Positions 8,752 through 18,373 of a stretch of DNA of 64,000 bases are shown in pieces. A model generated the notes under the pieces. It worked only from the letters and a program-made list of their open reading frames with translations, did no database searches and was not told the DNA's origin. Source of the DNA: an uncultured Candidatus Saccharibacteria bacterium. GTDB taxonomy: Bacteria; Patescibacteriota; Minisyncoccia; Phycocordibacterales; XYD1-FULL-46-19. Where the stretch lies: assembly GCA_964510655.1 (NCBI GenBank), contig CAZEAY010000003.1, positions 18,924 through 82,923 on the forward strand, read 5' to 3'. The position numbers and the translations under genes were made by a program. Numbering within the stretch: the first letter of the stretch is position 1; each line of letters opens with the position of its first letter.

Positions 8752-10056
8752 TTATTTACTTTTTAGCTCAGTCTCTAGTTCAGTTATTTTTACTCTTTTT
8801 TGTTCACCAGTATCTCGGTCGCGCAAAGTAACAGTGTCGTCAGCTAAACTGTCAAAATCAATTGTCACACAATAAGGAGTACCAATTTCATCCTGTCGAC
8901 GATAACGTTTACCAATGTTTCCATTATCATCAAAAGTTACCTGAGGAATTATTTTTTTTATTTGATCATAAACCTCTCGAGCTTTGATCACCAATTCTGG
9001 TTTATTTTTTAACAGTGGAAAGACGGCAACCTTAACAGGAGCAACATCATAGTTAAACTTCAAATAGGAACGCACTTCCCCGTTCATCTCATCTTCGGTA
9101 TAAGCACTAGTGAGAAGAGCTAAGACTAATCGGTCAACACCAAATGATGGTTCAATCACATGGGGAATAAATTTTTCCTTAGTTTCTTCATCCAAATAGA
9201 ACAATTCCGTTCCACTAAATTTAGAATGTTGACTTAAGTCATAGTTTGTCCTGTATGCCATTCCTAAAAGTTCTTTTTTCCCAAAAGGAAATTCAAATTC
9301 GAAATCAATAGTTTTCTTGGAATAATGGGCCAATTCGTCTTCCGGAACATGAAGTTCGCTAACATTTTCTCGAGAAAAGCCCATAGACTCCAAAAATTTC
9401 CAAACAGCTAGTCGCCAGTCTTCAAAATATTTTTCCCATTCTTCCCCACGAATAAAATATTCAATTTCCATTTGTTCAAACTCCCGAGTTCGGAAAATAA
9501 AATCGCGTGGAGTAATTTCATTACGAAAAGCTTTACCGATTTGCCCCACCCCGAAAGGCAACTTGGGATGAAACGAATCCATGATATTTTTAAAGTTAGC
9601 AAAAATTCCCTGAGCCGTTTCAGGTCGCAAATAAGCAACTGAAGATGAGTCCTCCATCGCTCCTAACTCTGTCTTTAGCATCATATTAAACTGTCGCTCC
9701 TGTCCCATTTTACCGCCACATTCTGGACATTTAAGACGATCTTCCAGCTGATCGGAACGGAAGCGTCTTTTGCACTTTTCACATTCAGACAGTGGGTCAA
9801 CAAAAGTATCAACGTGACCAGACGCCTTCCAAACATTTGGATTCATGATAATCGCCGCATCCAAACCATACATATCATCCCGCCCATCCACAAACATCTT
9901 CCACCAAAGACTTTTTATATTATTCTTTAGAGAAACACCTAGTGGGCCGTAGTCCCAAGTTCCAGCCAGTCCCCCATACAGTTCAGAACCTTGATAAATA
10001 AAGCCTCGCCGTTTAGCCAGGGAAGTAATCTTTTCCATTAAATCTTTCTGTTCCAT
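8752..10056 (-). CDS. glyQS: glycyl-tRNA synthetase (class II, alpha2 type)
   Basis: RGFIYQGSELYGGLAGTWDYGPLG N-terminus, class-II motifs and a C-terminal anticodon-binding domain. Start at MEQKDL (ATG 10054-10056). Confidence 0.9.
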   Translation of the reverse strand: MEQKDLMEKITSLAKRRGFIYQGSELYGGLAGTWDYGPLGVSLKNNIKSLWWKMFVDGRDDMYGLDAAIIMNPNVWKASGHVDTFVDPLSECEKCKRRFRSDQLEDRLKCPECGGKMGQERQFNMMLKTELGAMEDSSSVAYLRPETAQGIFANFKNIMDSFHPKLPFGVGQIGKAFRNEITPRDFIFRTREFEQMEIEYFIRGEEWEKYFEDWRLAVWKFLESMGFSRENVSELHVPEDELAHYSKKTIDFEFEFPFGKKELLGMAYRTNYDLSQHSKFSGTELFYLDEETKEKFIPHVIEPSFGVDRLVLALLTSAYTEDEMNGEVRSYLKFNYDVAPVKVAVFPLLKNKPELVIKAREVYDQIKKIIPQVTFDDNGNIGKRYRRQDEIGTPYCVTIDFDSLADDTVTLRDRDTGEQKRVKITELETELKSK

Positions 10057-10133
10057 CTTGATAGGACTATGTGCATAATAATACCAACCACTATACCTCA
10101 AAAAGCGGTTTATTGTCTACAAACAAATTAACC

Positions 10134-12056
10134 CTAATTAACAATCAAATCATCACGATCCCCTCGTTCACGGTCACTTAAACCGGTGGTCATCGAATTA
10201 TCTTCAACAACCAAACTGGAACCGCTAAAAGTATCAACGCCGCGGAAAACCACATTTCTTGTCAACTTAGCCATCGCACCAACTTGATTTATTGAGGGAG
10301 TAAATGATACCTGGAAATTAACCGTCCGAGGATCAGTAGCCACACCCGTTCCAGCCTTGAGATAACCTAAGTCCCACACAACCTTACGCTGTTGCTTATC
10401 ATAACTAATGTTCTCATCGGGAGGAGAAGTCACTCCAACCCACTCTACCCCTAATGGTAAAGTTGTCTCGACAATTCCATTATTGACATCGTTTGATGAA
10501 TTTAGAAGAGACCACTTTAGAGTGTAGGTGGTTTTATTATCTACTTTTGGAGGCAGAGGCCCAGTATTGGACAACGGACCATCGCGGTAAAAAGTTTGAG
10601 TATTTATCTTAACAACAGAATCTATCTTTATAACACGAGACAAATCAGTCTGAACTTTTTCATTAGAAAATCCCTCCGACACTCGGAAACCGGTAATAGT
10701 AATGTCAGTATAAATTCTTGGCCCTCTCAAATTTTTAGCTTCTCCTAAAAGTGGTAACGAAGAAAAACTAAAACCCAGACGACCTGTCGCTCCCGGTTCG
10801 ACAAAAGCTAACTCAGTTTTAGTATGCTTATCCCAGGTAATAGTATTATCAACTGATGAATAATACCCACCTTGAACTCGAACACTCCTTTTGTCGAGAG
10901 CCTCTCCCGTTAGGTGAACAATTACCTGGACATCTCTGAGTTTAATTGGTAAATTATTTACCCATTCAAGATTATACTGGCCATCTTTTTCATTTTTTAA
11001 AGTTAGCGACGCTGATCCTGTCGAAAGATTACCTTCGACAAAAGTAATGCCCAGAAAAGGTTTTTTAATCGTTAAGGTCTTAAAAAAATCGTTGTACAAA
11101 AGAGCAATATTTTTTTCTTGATCAGGATCCTTTATGCCTGCTCGAACCTGAAAAGATTTTAGTTCTTCTGTCTGACCCTCAATCACACCAGTAATATTAA
11201 TAACCCTCTCCACCCCAGGAAGTAAATCACCTAACAACCACTTGCGGGAATCGTAAGTAGGAGGAACATTAGAATTTTTAAACTGAAAACCGGGTGGATA
11301 AATCACTTCAACTAAAACATTATTCAGGGGTTTATCAGAATTAGAAGTAACTTTCAAATTAAGGTTTAATTCTTGATTAGAATTTATCTCTGAGGGAATA
11401 ACCACACTAAGATCAACCGGCGAAGCATTTATTTTAAGACGATAAATAGCCTCTTTTTCAAATAAAGTATTAGAATCTGTCAGATGATAACCTAAATTAA
11501 GCTTTACCTCTAATTCGTCGTTTTCTTTCCCAAAAACAATCGCTCGAGCAACCACATTAACGGTTTCACCAGATTTTATTACTCCAATTTTTTGATTAGT
11601 ATAAGTAAATTGCTTAGCCGTATTATCGGGATCACGCGAACCGTCGGGCCACACCACAGACAACTCGGCTTGATCAATTGCCACCGGATTTTTATTAGTT
11701 AAGGCAATTTGTAAATCAAGTTCATCCCCCGCCTTAAGAGAAACAGGGCCCTTAACCGCGATCTCAATGTTTTTATCCGATACTACATTTTTCCCTTGAG
11801 AAAAAACGTACCAAGCCGCCCCTAGGGCTAGTAAAAAAAACACAAAAGAAATACCAAGAATCTTAAGCCAAATATTACCAGCTCTTTTAGTCCCAGAGAC
11901 ATTAGGTTGAGTGGTCCAAGTTTTATTGACGGACTTATAATAAGGATTTAAATTACTCCGCCTAACCTGAAAATTGCCTCCATCACGTTCGTATAGTTTC
12001 TTTTTTAATTCTTCAATCCCCCGATTGTTAGGTGTCGGATTATTAGTTGATTCCAT
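10134..12056 (-). CDS. large N-terminally membrane-anchored extracellular protein, hypothetical
   Basis: 640 aa with a single TM (ILGISFVFFLLALGAAWYVF) followed by ~540 aa rich in beta-strand (T/S/N/V) residues. No family recognised. Confidence 0.5.
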   Translation of the reverse strand: MESTNNPTPNNRGIEELKKKLYERDGGNFQVRRSNLNPYYKSVNKTWTTQPNVSGTKRAGNIWLKILGISFVFFLLALGAAWYVFSQGKNVVSDKNIEIAVKGPVSLKAGDELDLQIALTNKNPVAIDQAELSVVWPDGSRDPDNTAKQFTYTNQKIGVIKSGETVNVVARAIVFGKENDELEVKLNLGYHLTDSNTLFEKEAIYRLKINASPVDLSVVIPSEINSNQELNLNLKVTSNSDKPLNNVLVEVIYPPGFQFKNSNVPPTYDSRKWLLGDLLPGVERVINITGVIEGQTEELKSFQVRAGIKDPDQEKNIALLYNDFFKTLTIKKPFLGITFVEGNLSTGSASLTLKNEKDGQYNLEWVNNLPIKLRDVQVIVHLTGEALDKRSVRVQGGYYSSVDNTITWDKHTKTELAFVEPGATGRLGFSFSSLPLLGEAKNLRGPRIYTDITITGFRVSEGFSNEKVQTDLSRVIKIDSVVKINTQTFYRDGPLSNTGPLPPKVDNKTTYTLKWSLLNSSNDVNNGIVETTLPLGVEWVGVTSPPDENISYDKQQRKVVWDLGYLKAGTGVATDPRTVNFQVSFTPSINQVGAMAKLTRNVVFRGVDTFSGSSLVVEDNSMTTGLSDRERGDRDDLIVN

Positions 12057-12109
12057 TAGCCATAATTATACCACAGCTAAAAAAAGAGGAAATAAATAAT
12101 TAAAACCTA

Positions 12110-12709
12110 CTAAATATGACTAATCTCTATCGCTTCATTGATCACTGTTATTAAGAAACTTTGGTTAATATTAGCTTCCGAGAGTAGTCCCAAATTCCAA
12201 TCAGAAAAAGAGAGAAATGGAGTTAGTTTGGGGTTCTCTTTGATATAGCCTAGAAAGGCAAGCAACCTTAAGACGGTCACCTGTTCCCAGCCAGATAAAT
12301 ATTTCTGGTCACCCGGTGGTAAGATTAGCCCAGACAAAAAGTTTAAGGACTTTTTTAAATCTTCAAATAATACCTTTTGAGCAATTTCACCCTGAATAAA
12401 TCGACGTAAAAGAGAAAAAATCTTTGCCGCAAATTTAAGTTTAGAAGAGTTTTGATACACACTTTCAAATTCTCCTGTCTTCTCAGCTCCAATTAGACGC
12501 CAAGTTTCTTTTCCGCGAACCAAGACTACTCGTACGTGACTGTAATTACTTAAGTTGAAACGCAATTTTGATTTAAGTAAACGCACCCCTTGAGCCGTGG
12601 CAGTAACCAATCCAAGATCGGGCGTTAATAGAGAATAAACCTTATTAGCTTCACCAAAAACCCGTTCGTCTAAAACGAACGCTTCAGTTTGATAAAGATG
12701 ATAAGCCAT
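12110..12709 (-). CDS. recO: DNA repair protein RecO (probable)
   Basis: N-terminal pattern YQTEAFVLDERVFGEANKVYSLLT..GLVTATAQGVRLLKS resembles the RecO OB-fold region. Start at MAYHLY (ATG 12707-12709). Confidence 0.55.
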   Translation of the reverse strand: MAYHLYQTEAFVLDERVFGEANKVYSLLTPDLGLVTATAQGVRLLKSKLRFNLSNYSHVRVVLVRGKETWRLIGAEKTGEFESVYQNSSKLKFAAKIFSLLRRFIQGEIAQKVLFEDLKKSLNFLSGLILPPGDQKYLSGWEQVTVLRLLAFLGYIKENPKLTPFLSFSDWNLGLLSEANINQSFLITVINEAIEISHI

Positions 12710-12716
12710 AAAACAA

Positions 12717-15700
12717 TTACAAATTATGAATTGAGATCCCAAAGAAAAGATCCCCGATCTTGGTCTCGCCCACACCGGTTTCTAATTCAATTTCAGCCGT
12801 ACCAGTCCCCCGTTTGATTTCCTCAATAAATTTCTTAACCAAGGTTTGTCCTGTTTCGTCGGTTATTATCTTTAAATTAATGATATCTCCCGGATTTAAA
12901 CCTGTTTTTTTACGCAGTTCCTGAATATTACGCATCAATTCGCGCATATCGCCTTCTTCTTTTAATTCTTGAGTAATACTCGTATCTAACCTAACTCCCG
13001 GAAGATCAGGGTCGGCATTTTTTTCAAAAATAACATTTTTAACATTGACTTCGTCTTTAATCAGCTCTTTCAAATGATTCCAATAATTTGGTTCATTCCC
13101 GTCATGTTTTATAATCAAGGCTGACAGTGGTTGTCGAACTTTTATACCATCCACATCTCTCGCCATAAGTCCCATTGAGGCAAATGATCGGGCAAAGCTC
13201 ATTCCAACAATAATATCTTGATCAAATTTCTCGGTGATTGGCCAGCTTTCCAAGTGTACGCTTTCCTTAACTCCCTCAGTTTTACGATAGATATCCTCGG
13301 CAATAAACGGAGTAAATGGCGCCATCATCTTAGCCAAACTATTTAAAATAGTTTTCATTGTAAAAATCGCCCAATTTTTGTCATCAATATCACCTGATTT
13401 AAAACGATCACGTGATCGACGTAAGTACCAATTAGATAAGTCATCGATAAATTCATCAATCGGACGTACAGCACGATCAATTTCATATTTATCCATTGCC
13501 TCCGTTACTTTAGTTACAAGCTCGCCGAATCTGGCATTAATCCAAATATCTAAAACGTTTTCAGATTGACCTTGAACGTCGGCTAATGTTTTTGGGGCAT
13601 ACATCTCATAAAAAGAGTACACATTATTGAGACGCATAATAATTTTACGATAAATTTCTCCTACCCCTTTTTCGGAAAAATTCAAATCCTCTGCTCTCAT
13701 AACTGGAGAGGCCAATAAATAAAAACGTAAGGCATCGGCTCCAAATTTTTCCACCACACTCATTGGATCAGGGTAATTTTTGAGACTCTTAGACATCTTC
13801 TGGCCATCCTCAGCCAAAACCAGTCCATTGACGACTACATTCTTATAACTAGTTTTACCGAACAGAGCGGTGGACAAAACCAACATAGAATAAAACCAAC
13901 CCCGAGTTTGATCGAGACCCTCGGCAATAAAATCGGCTGGAAACCCATTCCCATCACTAGGATCAAAATCTTTCAAATCACTAAAGGGATAATGAGCCTG
14001 ACCATAAGGCATGGAGCCAGATTCAAACCAACAATCAAAAACATCGGGTACTCTAGTCATTTCCCCACCACAACCACAAGCAAACTTTATTTGATCAATA
14101 TACGGACGATGTAGATCAAGATCATAGAGAGTATTGTGTGGTAAAAAAGAAAAATCTAATGACTGAATTTCTGCATTCTTGAAACGTGACCCCCAATGAG
14201 ACATTTTTTCAATCTCTCGACTATTATTACCCGCAGCAGCTGTCATCATAAAAAACAAAGGCAAGCTGTGGCTAACAATCAAAATGTTTTTACCAGTATA
14301 TTTTTCATTCAACTCATACAAGACTTCCCCCATTCGTTTCTTAACCTCTAAACAAGATTCTCCGTTGGTTTGAGATTTAAACAATTTTTCATGTTTAGAG
14401 TTAAAATGCTTATCATACTCTACCCAATTTCCCTCATCAGCATCACCAACATTATATTCTCCCAGGCGGGCATCAAAAATAATTTTATCTTGAGACAAAC
14501 CAATTGTTTGAGCGACGAGCTCAGCCGTTTCTTTGGTTCGAACAAAAGGCGAAGAAATGATTACTTCAATGTTAGATCCCTTTAGACTTTCGGCAGAAGA
14601 AATAACCTGTTCTTTGCCCTCAGTCGTAAGATGATAGTTTTTGCCTAACTTACAATCAATTGTATCGGTCAAATTATTCTCAGACTGACCGTGACGCATT
14701 AAGAAGTAACGATTATTTTTTGTCTGCAAATTATCCTTCAATTCTTGAATGCTCCCAACCACCTTAATTTGTTTACAATCTTCACAGCGCCAAACTGGAA
14801 TTGGAGCGCCCCAAAAACGAGTCCGAGAAATCGCCCAATCACGAGCTCCTTCTAGCCATTTACCAAAACGACCCTCTTTAATATGTTCTGGGACCCAAGA
14901 AATAGTTTTATTGTTCGCCACCAAATCATCACGAAATTTAGTCACCTCAACAAACCACGAAGAAGCGGCGTAATTTAACAATGGAGTACCACAACGCCAA
15001 CAGTGCGGGTAAGAATGAGAAATTTTTTCTTTCGCAAATAAAATTCCTTTAGCCGCCAGGTATTTAATAATTTTTACATCCATCGCTTGGTTTTCCACCG
15101 TAGATGGTCCATCATCTTCTAATCCCGGAGCACTTTTAGGTTTTACTAATTCCCCCACCCAATCGATAACTTCCGGTTTAAACCGGCCATCCATTCCGAC
15201 ATGCTGAATAAATGGTAGTTTTTCTTTTTGACCCAACTTCATATCATCTTCTCCAAAAGCGGGAGCAATGTGTACTACCCCCGTACCATCTTCAGTCGTC
15301 ACAAAATCAGCACCATAAATTTTCCAACCATTTTCCCGATTTTTTATTGTCTCATCAGTAAGGTAATAATCAAAAGCAGGTTGATATTTTTTACCCACTA
15401 AAGTACTACCCTTAAAAGTATCCTCAATAGTATAATCAGAGGCATTACTAAAATTTTTCTCCAAAAGATCTTTAGCGAGAATATAAGAAAGATGATCGTC
15501 GCTATTATTCATTCCAATTTTGACGTAATCAATCTCAGGGTTAACAGCCAAAGCCACATTACCCGGCAAAGTCCAAGGAGTAGTTGTCCAAGCTAAAATC
15601 GAAGTTCCCGGCTCATCAACTAGACCAAACTTAACCACCACCGAGAGATCGGTGATATCTTTATACCCCTGATTCACTTCAAAATTAGATAGAGTAGTCT

Positions 15701-16256
15701 CACAGCGCGGACAAATCTGCATTGATTTATAGCCTTCATAAATCAGACCTTTGTTGTGGAGGTTTTTAAAGATATTCATTACCGACTCGGAATAAGAAGC
15801 ATCCATCGTCCGATAATCGTTTTCCATATCAATGAAACGACCCAATCGTGGCACAATTTGTTTCCAGTCCTCTACATACTCTTGGACCATCTCACGAGCC
15901 TTTTCGTTAAACTTTTCAATACCGTAATCTTCAATATCTTTTTTGGATTTCAAACCGAGTTCTTTTTCCACTAGGTTTTCGGCTGGCAAACCATGACAAT
16001 CCCAGCCCCAACGTCGGCGGACAAAATTACCCTTCATCGTCCAATAGCGAGGAATCACATCTTTCATTGTTCCCCCAACAATATGTCCATAGTGAGGAGT
16101 GCCAGTCGCAAAAGGTGGTCCATCATAAAAGACGTATTCTTTTGCCCCTTTAGTCGTCTCCAGAGTTTTTTCAAAAATTTTATTATCTTGCCAAAACTTT
16201 AAAATTTCTTCCTCTTTCCGAGAGACATCACTTTTATTATTTTTCTCCTCTGTCAT
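12717..16256 (-). CDS. ileS: isoleucyl-tRNA synthetase (type 2) with an inserted histidine-phosphatase domain
   Basis: PHYGH (HIGH), the editing-domain block TTPWTLPGN and KMSKS are present. An extra ~190 aa block (aa ~515-705) carries the RHG..R..E..H histidine-phosphatase signature. Confidence 0.95.
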   Translation of the reverse strand: MTEEKNNKSDVSRKEEEILKFWQDNKIFEKTLETTKGAKEYVFYDGPPFATGTPHYGHIVGGTMKDVIPRYWTMKGNFVRRRWGWDCHGLPAENLVEKELGLKSKKDIEDYGIEKFNEKAREMVQEYVEDWKQIVPRLGRFIDMENDYRTMDASYSESVMNIFKNLHNKGLIYEGYKSMQICPRCETTLSNFEVNQGYKDITDLSVVVKFGLVDEPGTSILAWTTTPWTLPGNVALAVNPEIDYVKIGMNNSDDHLSYILAKDLLEKNFSNASDYTIEDTFKGSTLVGKKYQPAFDYYLTDETIKNRENGWKIYGADFVTTEDGTGVVHIAPAFGEDDMKLGQKEKLPFIQHVGMDGRFKPEVIDWVGELVKPKSAPGLEDDGPSTVENQAMDVKIIKYLAAKGILFAKEKISHSYPHCWRCGTPLLNYAASSWFVEVTKFRDDLVANNKTISWVPEHIKEGRFGKWLEGARDWAISRTRFWGAPIPVWRCEDCKQIKVVGSIQELKDNLQTKNNRYFLMRHGQSENNLTDTIDCKLGKNYHLTTEGKEQVISSAESLKGSNIEVIISSPFVRTKETAELVAQTIGLSQDKIIFDARLGEYNVGDADEGNWVEYDKHFNSKHEKLFKSQTNGESCLEVKKRMGEVLYELNEKYTGKNILIVSHSLPLFFMMTAAAGNNSREIEKMSHWGSRFKNAEIQSLDFSFLPHNTLYDLDLHRPYIDQIKFACGCGGEMTRVPDVFDCWFESGSMPYGQAHYPFSDLKDFDPSDGNGFPADFIAEGLDQTRGWFYSMLVLSTALFGKTSYKNVVVNGLVLAEDGQKMSKSLKNYPDPMSVVEKFGADALRFYLLASPVMRAEDLNFSEKGVGEIYRKIIMRLNNVYSFYEMYAPKTLADVQGQSENVLDIWINARFGELVTKVTEAMDKYEIDRAVRPIDEFIDDLSNWYLRRSRDRFKSGDIDDKNWAIFTMKTILNSLAKMMAPFTPFIAEDIYRKTEGVKESVHLESWPITEKFDQDIIVGMSFARSFASMGLMARDVDGIKVRQPLSALIIKHDGNEPNYWNHLKELIKDEVNVKNVIFEKNADPDLPGVRLDTSITQELKEEGDMRELMRNIQELRKKTGLNPGDIINLKIITDETGQTLVKKFIEEIKRGTGTAEIELETGVGETKIGDLFFGISIHNL

Positions 16257-16309
16257 TTAAGTACTTTATCGTAAATTAGGTCTTTCCGCAATAAAAATGA
16301 TTATTTTCA

Positions 16310-16338
16310 TTGACAGATAAAATAAAAGAGGCTAAAGT
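16310..16338 (+). promoter_or_regulatory. sigma70-like promoter for the GC-rich small gene P2
   Basis: TTGACA (16310-16315), 17-nt spacer, TAAAGT (16333-16338). Confidence 0.4.
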
Positions 16339-16393
16339 TATAAAGGATTAATTACATCCAAACTATTGTAGGTAGTAGCAGGAGGCTCTTTCC

Positions 16394-16579
16394 ATGTTGC
16401 GCAACGCTCAAGCAGGACAGAAGAAGGCGGCGATAAAACCACTCGAATTCAAACCACGCAGACCAGACCCCTTTGGTTGGGGTGATCCGAGACCAGCCAT
16501 CAAATTGGGGCTCCCCAATGAAGACGGCATCCCCGTAAATTCTGGCCGGCAAATGCAGGCCATTGAAATCGATTACTAA
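16394..16579 (+). CDS. GC-rich small protein P2 (61 aa), hypothetical; paralog of 1431..1661
   Basis: AGGAGG (16380-16385) + 8 nt + ATG. The ORF stops 20 nt before a GC-rich hairpin and T-run. Composition is foreign to the surrounding sequence. Shares the I-[EK]-L-x-L-P and DG[IV]P[IV]..G..M.A[LI] motifs with P1. Confidence 0.5.
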   Translation: MLRNAQAGQKKAAIKPLEFKPRRPDPFGWGDPRPAIKLGLPNEDGIPVNSGRQMQAIEIDY

Positions 16580-16599
16580 AACAACAACGCAACACAAAA

Positions 16600-16639
16600 G
16601 CCCCGTGATCCTGTAAGGATCCCGGGGCCTTACTTTTTT
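16600..16639. terminator. bidirectional terminator (P2 and argS)
   Basis: GCCCCGTGATCC-tgta-GGATCCCGGGGC hairpin followed by CTTACTTTTTT on plus. A U-rich tract also follows on the minus strand. Confidence 0.6.
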
Positions 16640-16641
16640 AG

Positions 16642-18330
16642 CTACATCTTTGACAGCGGTTTAAGACCCAACAATACTAGTCCATTTCTTAAAACTTGAC
16701 CAACAGCCCGAGTTAATCCAACTCGATAAGGAGAGCTAGCCTCCAGACTTACAACTTGATGTTCAATATAATAAAAACTGAAAGCACTCGCTAACTCATA
16801 TAAATAAGTAGCAATATGATGGGGAGCATATTCCAAACAGGCATATTCCACGACCTCGGGGAAACGATAAAGAAGTTTTTCGACTGTAGTCATTTCATCT
16901 TCTGGTCGAGACAAATTGGATTTTATCCCCTCTTTTTCCGCTTTAGCTAAAATAGATTGAGTGCGTGCAAAAGCATACTGTAGATATGGACCAGAGTTAC
17001 CAGATAAATTTAATGTCTCATCCCAATCAAAAACAATATTAGCCCGACTATCACGTTTTAAATCGTTATATTTAAGTGCCCCAATACCAATATCGGAAGC
17101 TGTTTCAAGATTAAACTTTCCAGCTCGCGTCACCGCTTCAGCAATAACATCTTCCAACCAAATGACATTACCTTTGCGGGTACTCATTTTCCCATCGAGA
17201 AAGCGATATAAACCATGTGAGACATGAACTCGTTGTCCATCTTTAAACCAACCGAGCATTTTCTCAGTCTCATAAAGTTGCCTCATGTAAGTTTCTTGTT
17301 CAGAACCAACCTCATTAACAATAATCAAATTGTCACCATATTTTTCTTTCCGCTCAAGATCGGCCCCCAGATCACGAGTAGCATAAATCGAAGTTCCGTC
17401 ACCCTTACGAACAATCATTGGTGGCAATTTTTTTTCATCAGCAAAAAAGACCACTTCTGCCCCCTCACTCTCCTTCATCAAACCCTTATCAGTTAATTCC
17501 TGATAAACTCGAGAAACTTTGGGAATATAGGTACTCTCCCCTAAAGTGGTGTCAAAAGTTATTCCCAGCTGTTGATAAATTTTATTGAATTCAAACAATG
17601 ATAAATTGACGCAGCTTTGCCAAAGTTCTTTAGCGGAAGAATCACCTTTCTCTAATTTTAAAAACTCTGCCCGTGCCTCTTCTTCAAGTTCTGGATTCTT
17701 TTCCGCCTCGTCATGGAATTTCACATACAAAGAAACAAGTTCTTTCACTGGGTTCTCGCTTTTTCCAATCTGATTGATGTCCCCCCACTTTTTAATGGCC
17801 ACCATTTGTTTACCAAACTGTGTCCCCCAATCCCCGAGATGGTTATCGCGAATAACCTCAAACCCTGAAAAAGATAAAATATTGGCCACCGCATCACCAA
17901 TAATCGTTGATCTTAAGTGTCCAATTGAAAAAGGTTTAGCAATATTAGGAGAAGAATATTCGACTAATACTTTTTGATCTTTTTTATCTCCGCGACCAAA
18001 GTTATCACCCTGATCAAGAATAAAACCAATTTGTTTAACAAAAAACTCTCTACTTAAATAAAAATTTAAAAAACCTGGTCCAGCCACTTCCACCCGATCA
18101 ATTTTTTCATTTTTCAATTTCAAAAGCTCCTCTTTCATCTTTAGAGCAAGGTCCTTAGCTGACAAACCATTAGCTGGTCCAAACTTTAGCGCAAAGTTAC
18201 TGGAATAATCCCCAAAATTTAAATCAGTAGGATGTTCTAAAGAAATATTTTCCACCAAAAAACTAAGGTTTAAAGCCTTAGCCGCCTGTCCAAGCAGACT
18301 CCGTAATTCGTTCCTAATATCATTAGCCAT
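16642..18330 (-). CDS. argS: arginyl-tRNA synthetase
   Basis: N-terminal Arg_tRNA_synt_N-like region, class-I catalytic core and C-terminal DALR-type anticodon-binding region. Confidence 0.9.
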   Translation of the reverse strand: MANDIRNELRSLLGQAAKALNLSFLVENISLEHPTDLNFGDYSSNFALKFGPANGLSAKDLALKMKEELLKLKNEKIDRVEVAGPGFLNFYLSREFFVKQIGFILDQGDNFGRGDKKDQKVLVEYSSPNIAKPFSIGHLRSTIIGDAVANILSFSGFEVIRDNHLGDWGTQFGKQMVAIKKWGDINQIGKSENPVKELVSLYVKFHDEAEKNPELEEEARAEFLKLEKGDSSAKELWQSCVNLSLFEFNKIYQQLGITFDTTLGESTYIPKVSRVYQELTDKGLMKESEGAEVVFFADEKKLPPMIVRKGDGTSIYATRDLGADLERKEKYGDNLIIVNEVGSEQETYMRQLYETEKMLGWFKDGQRVHVSHGLYRFLDGKMSTRKGNVIWLEDVIAEAVTRAGKFNLETASDIGIGALKYNDLKRDSRANIVFDWDETLNLSGNSGPYLQYAFARTQSILAKAEKEGIKSNLSRPEDEMTTVEKLLYRFPEVVEYACLEYAPHHIATYLYELASAFSFYYIEHQVVSLEASSPYRVGLTRAVGQVLRNGLVLLGLKPLSKM

Positions 18331-18373
18331 TATGGTTATCTTACCACATTTAAGAGAAAATTCACCTGGAAAA

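Noticed and set aside
14140-14720. IleRS insert as an intein
   Set aside because: No intein splice-junction residues or endonuclease blocks. The insert has a complete histidine-phosphatase motif set instead.
13378-16202. Several 60-75-aa plus-strand ORFs inside ileS (and similar ones inside other long genes)
   Set aside because: Antisense to a confidently identified gene, with no signals. Such ORFs are typical in AT-rich DNA.
16380-16450. Apparent similarity of GGAGGCTCT...CGCAACGCT to the 5' part of 4.5S/SRP RNA
   Set aside because: The conserved helix-8 core (GGUCC-GGAA-GGAAGCAGC) is absent. The GGAGG is better explained as the SD of a 61-aa ORF that ends right before a terminator, and the locus has a coding paralog at 1431..1661.
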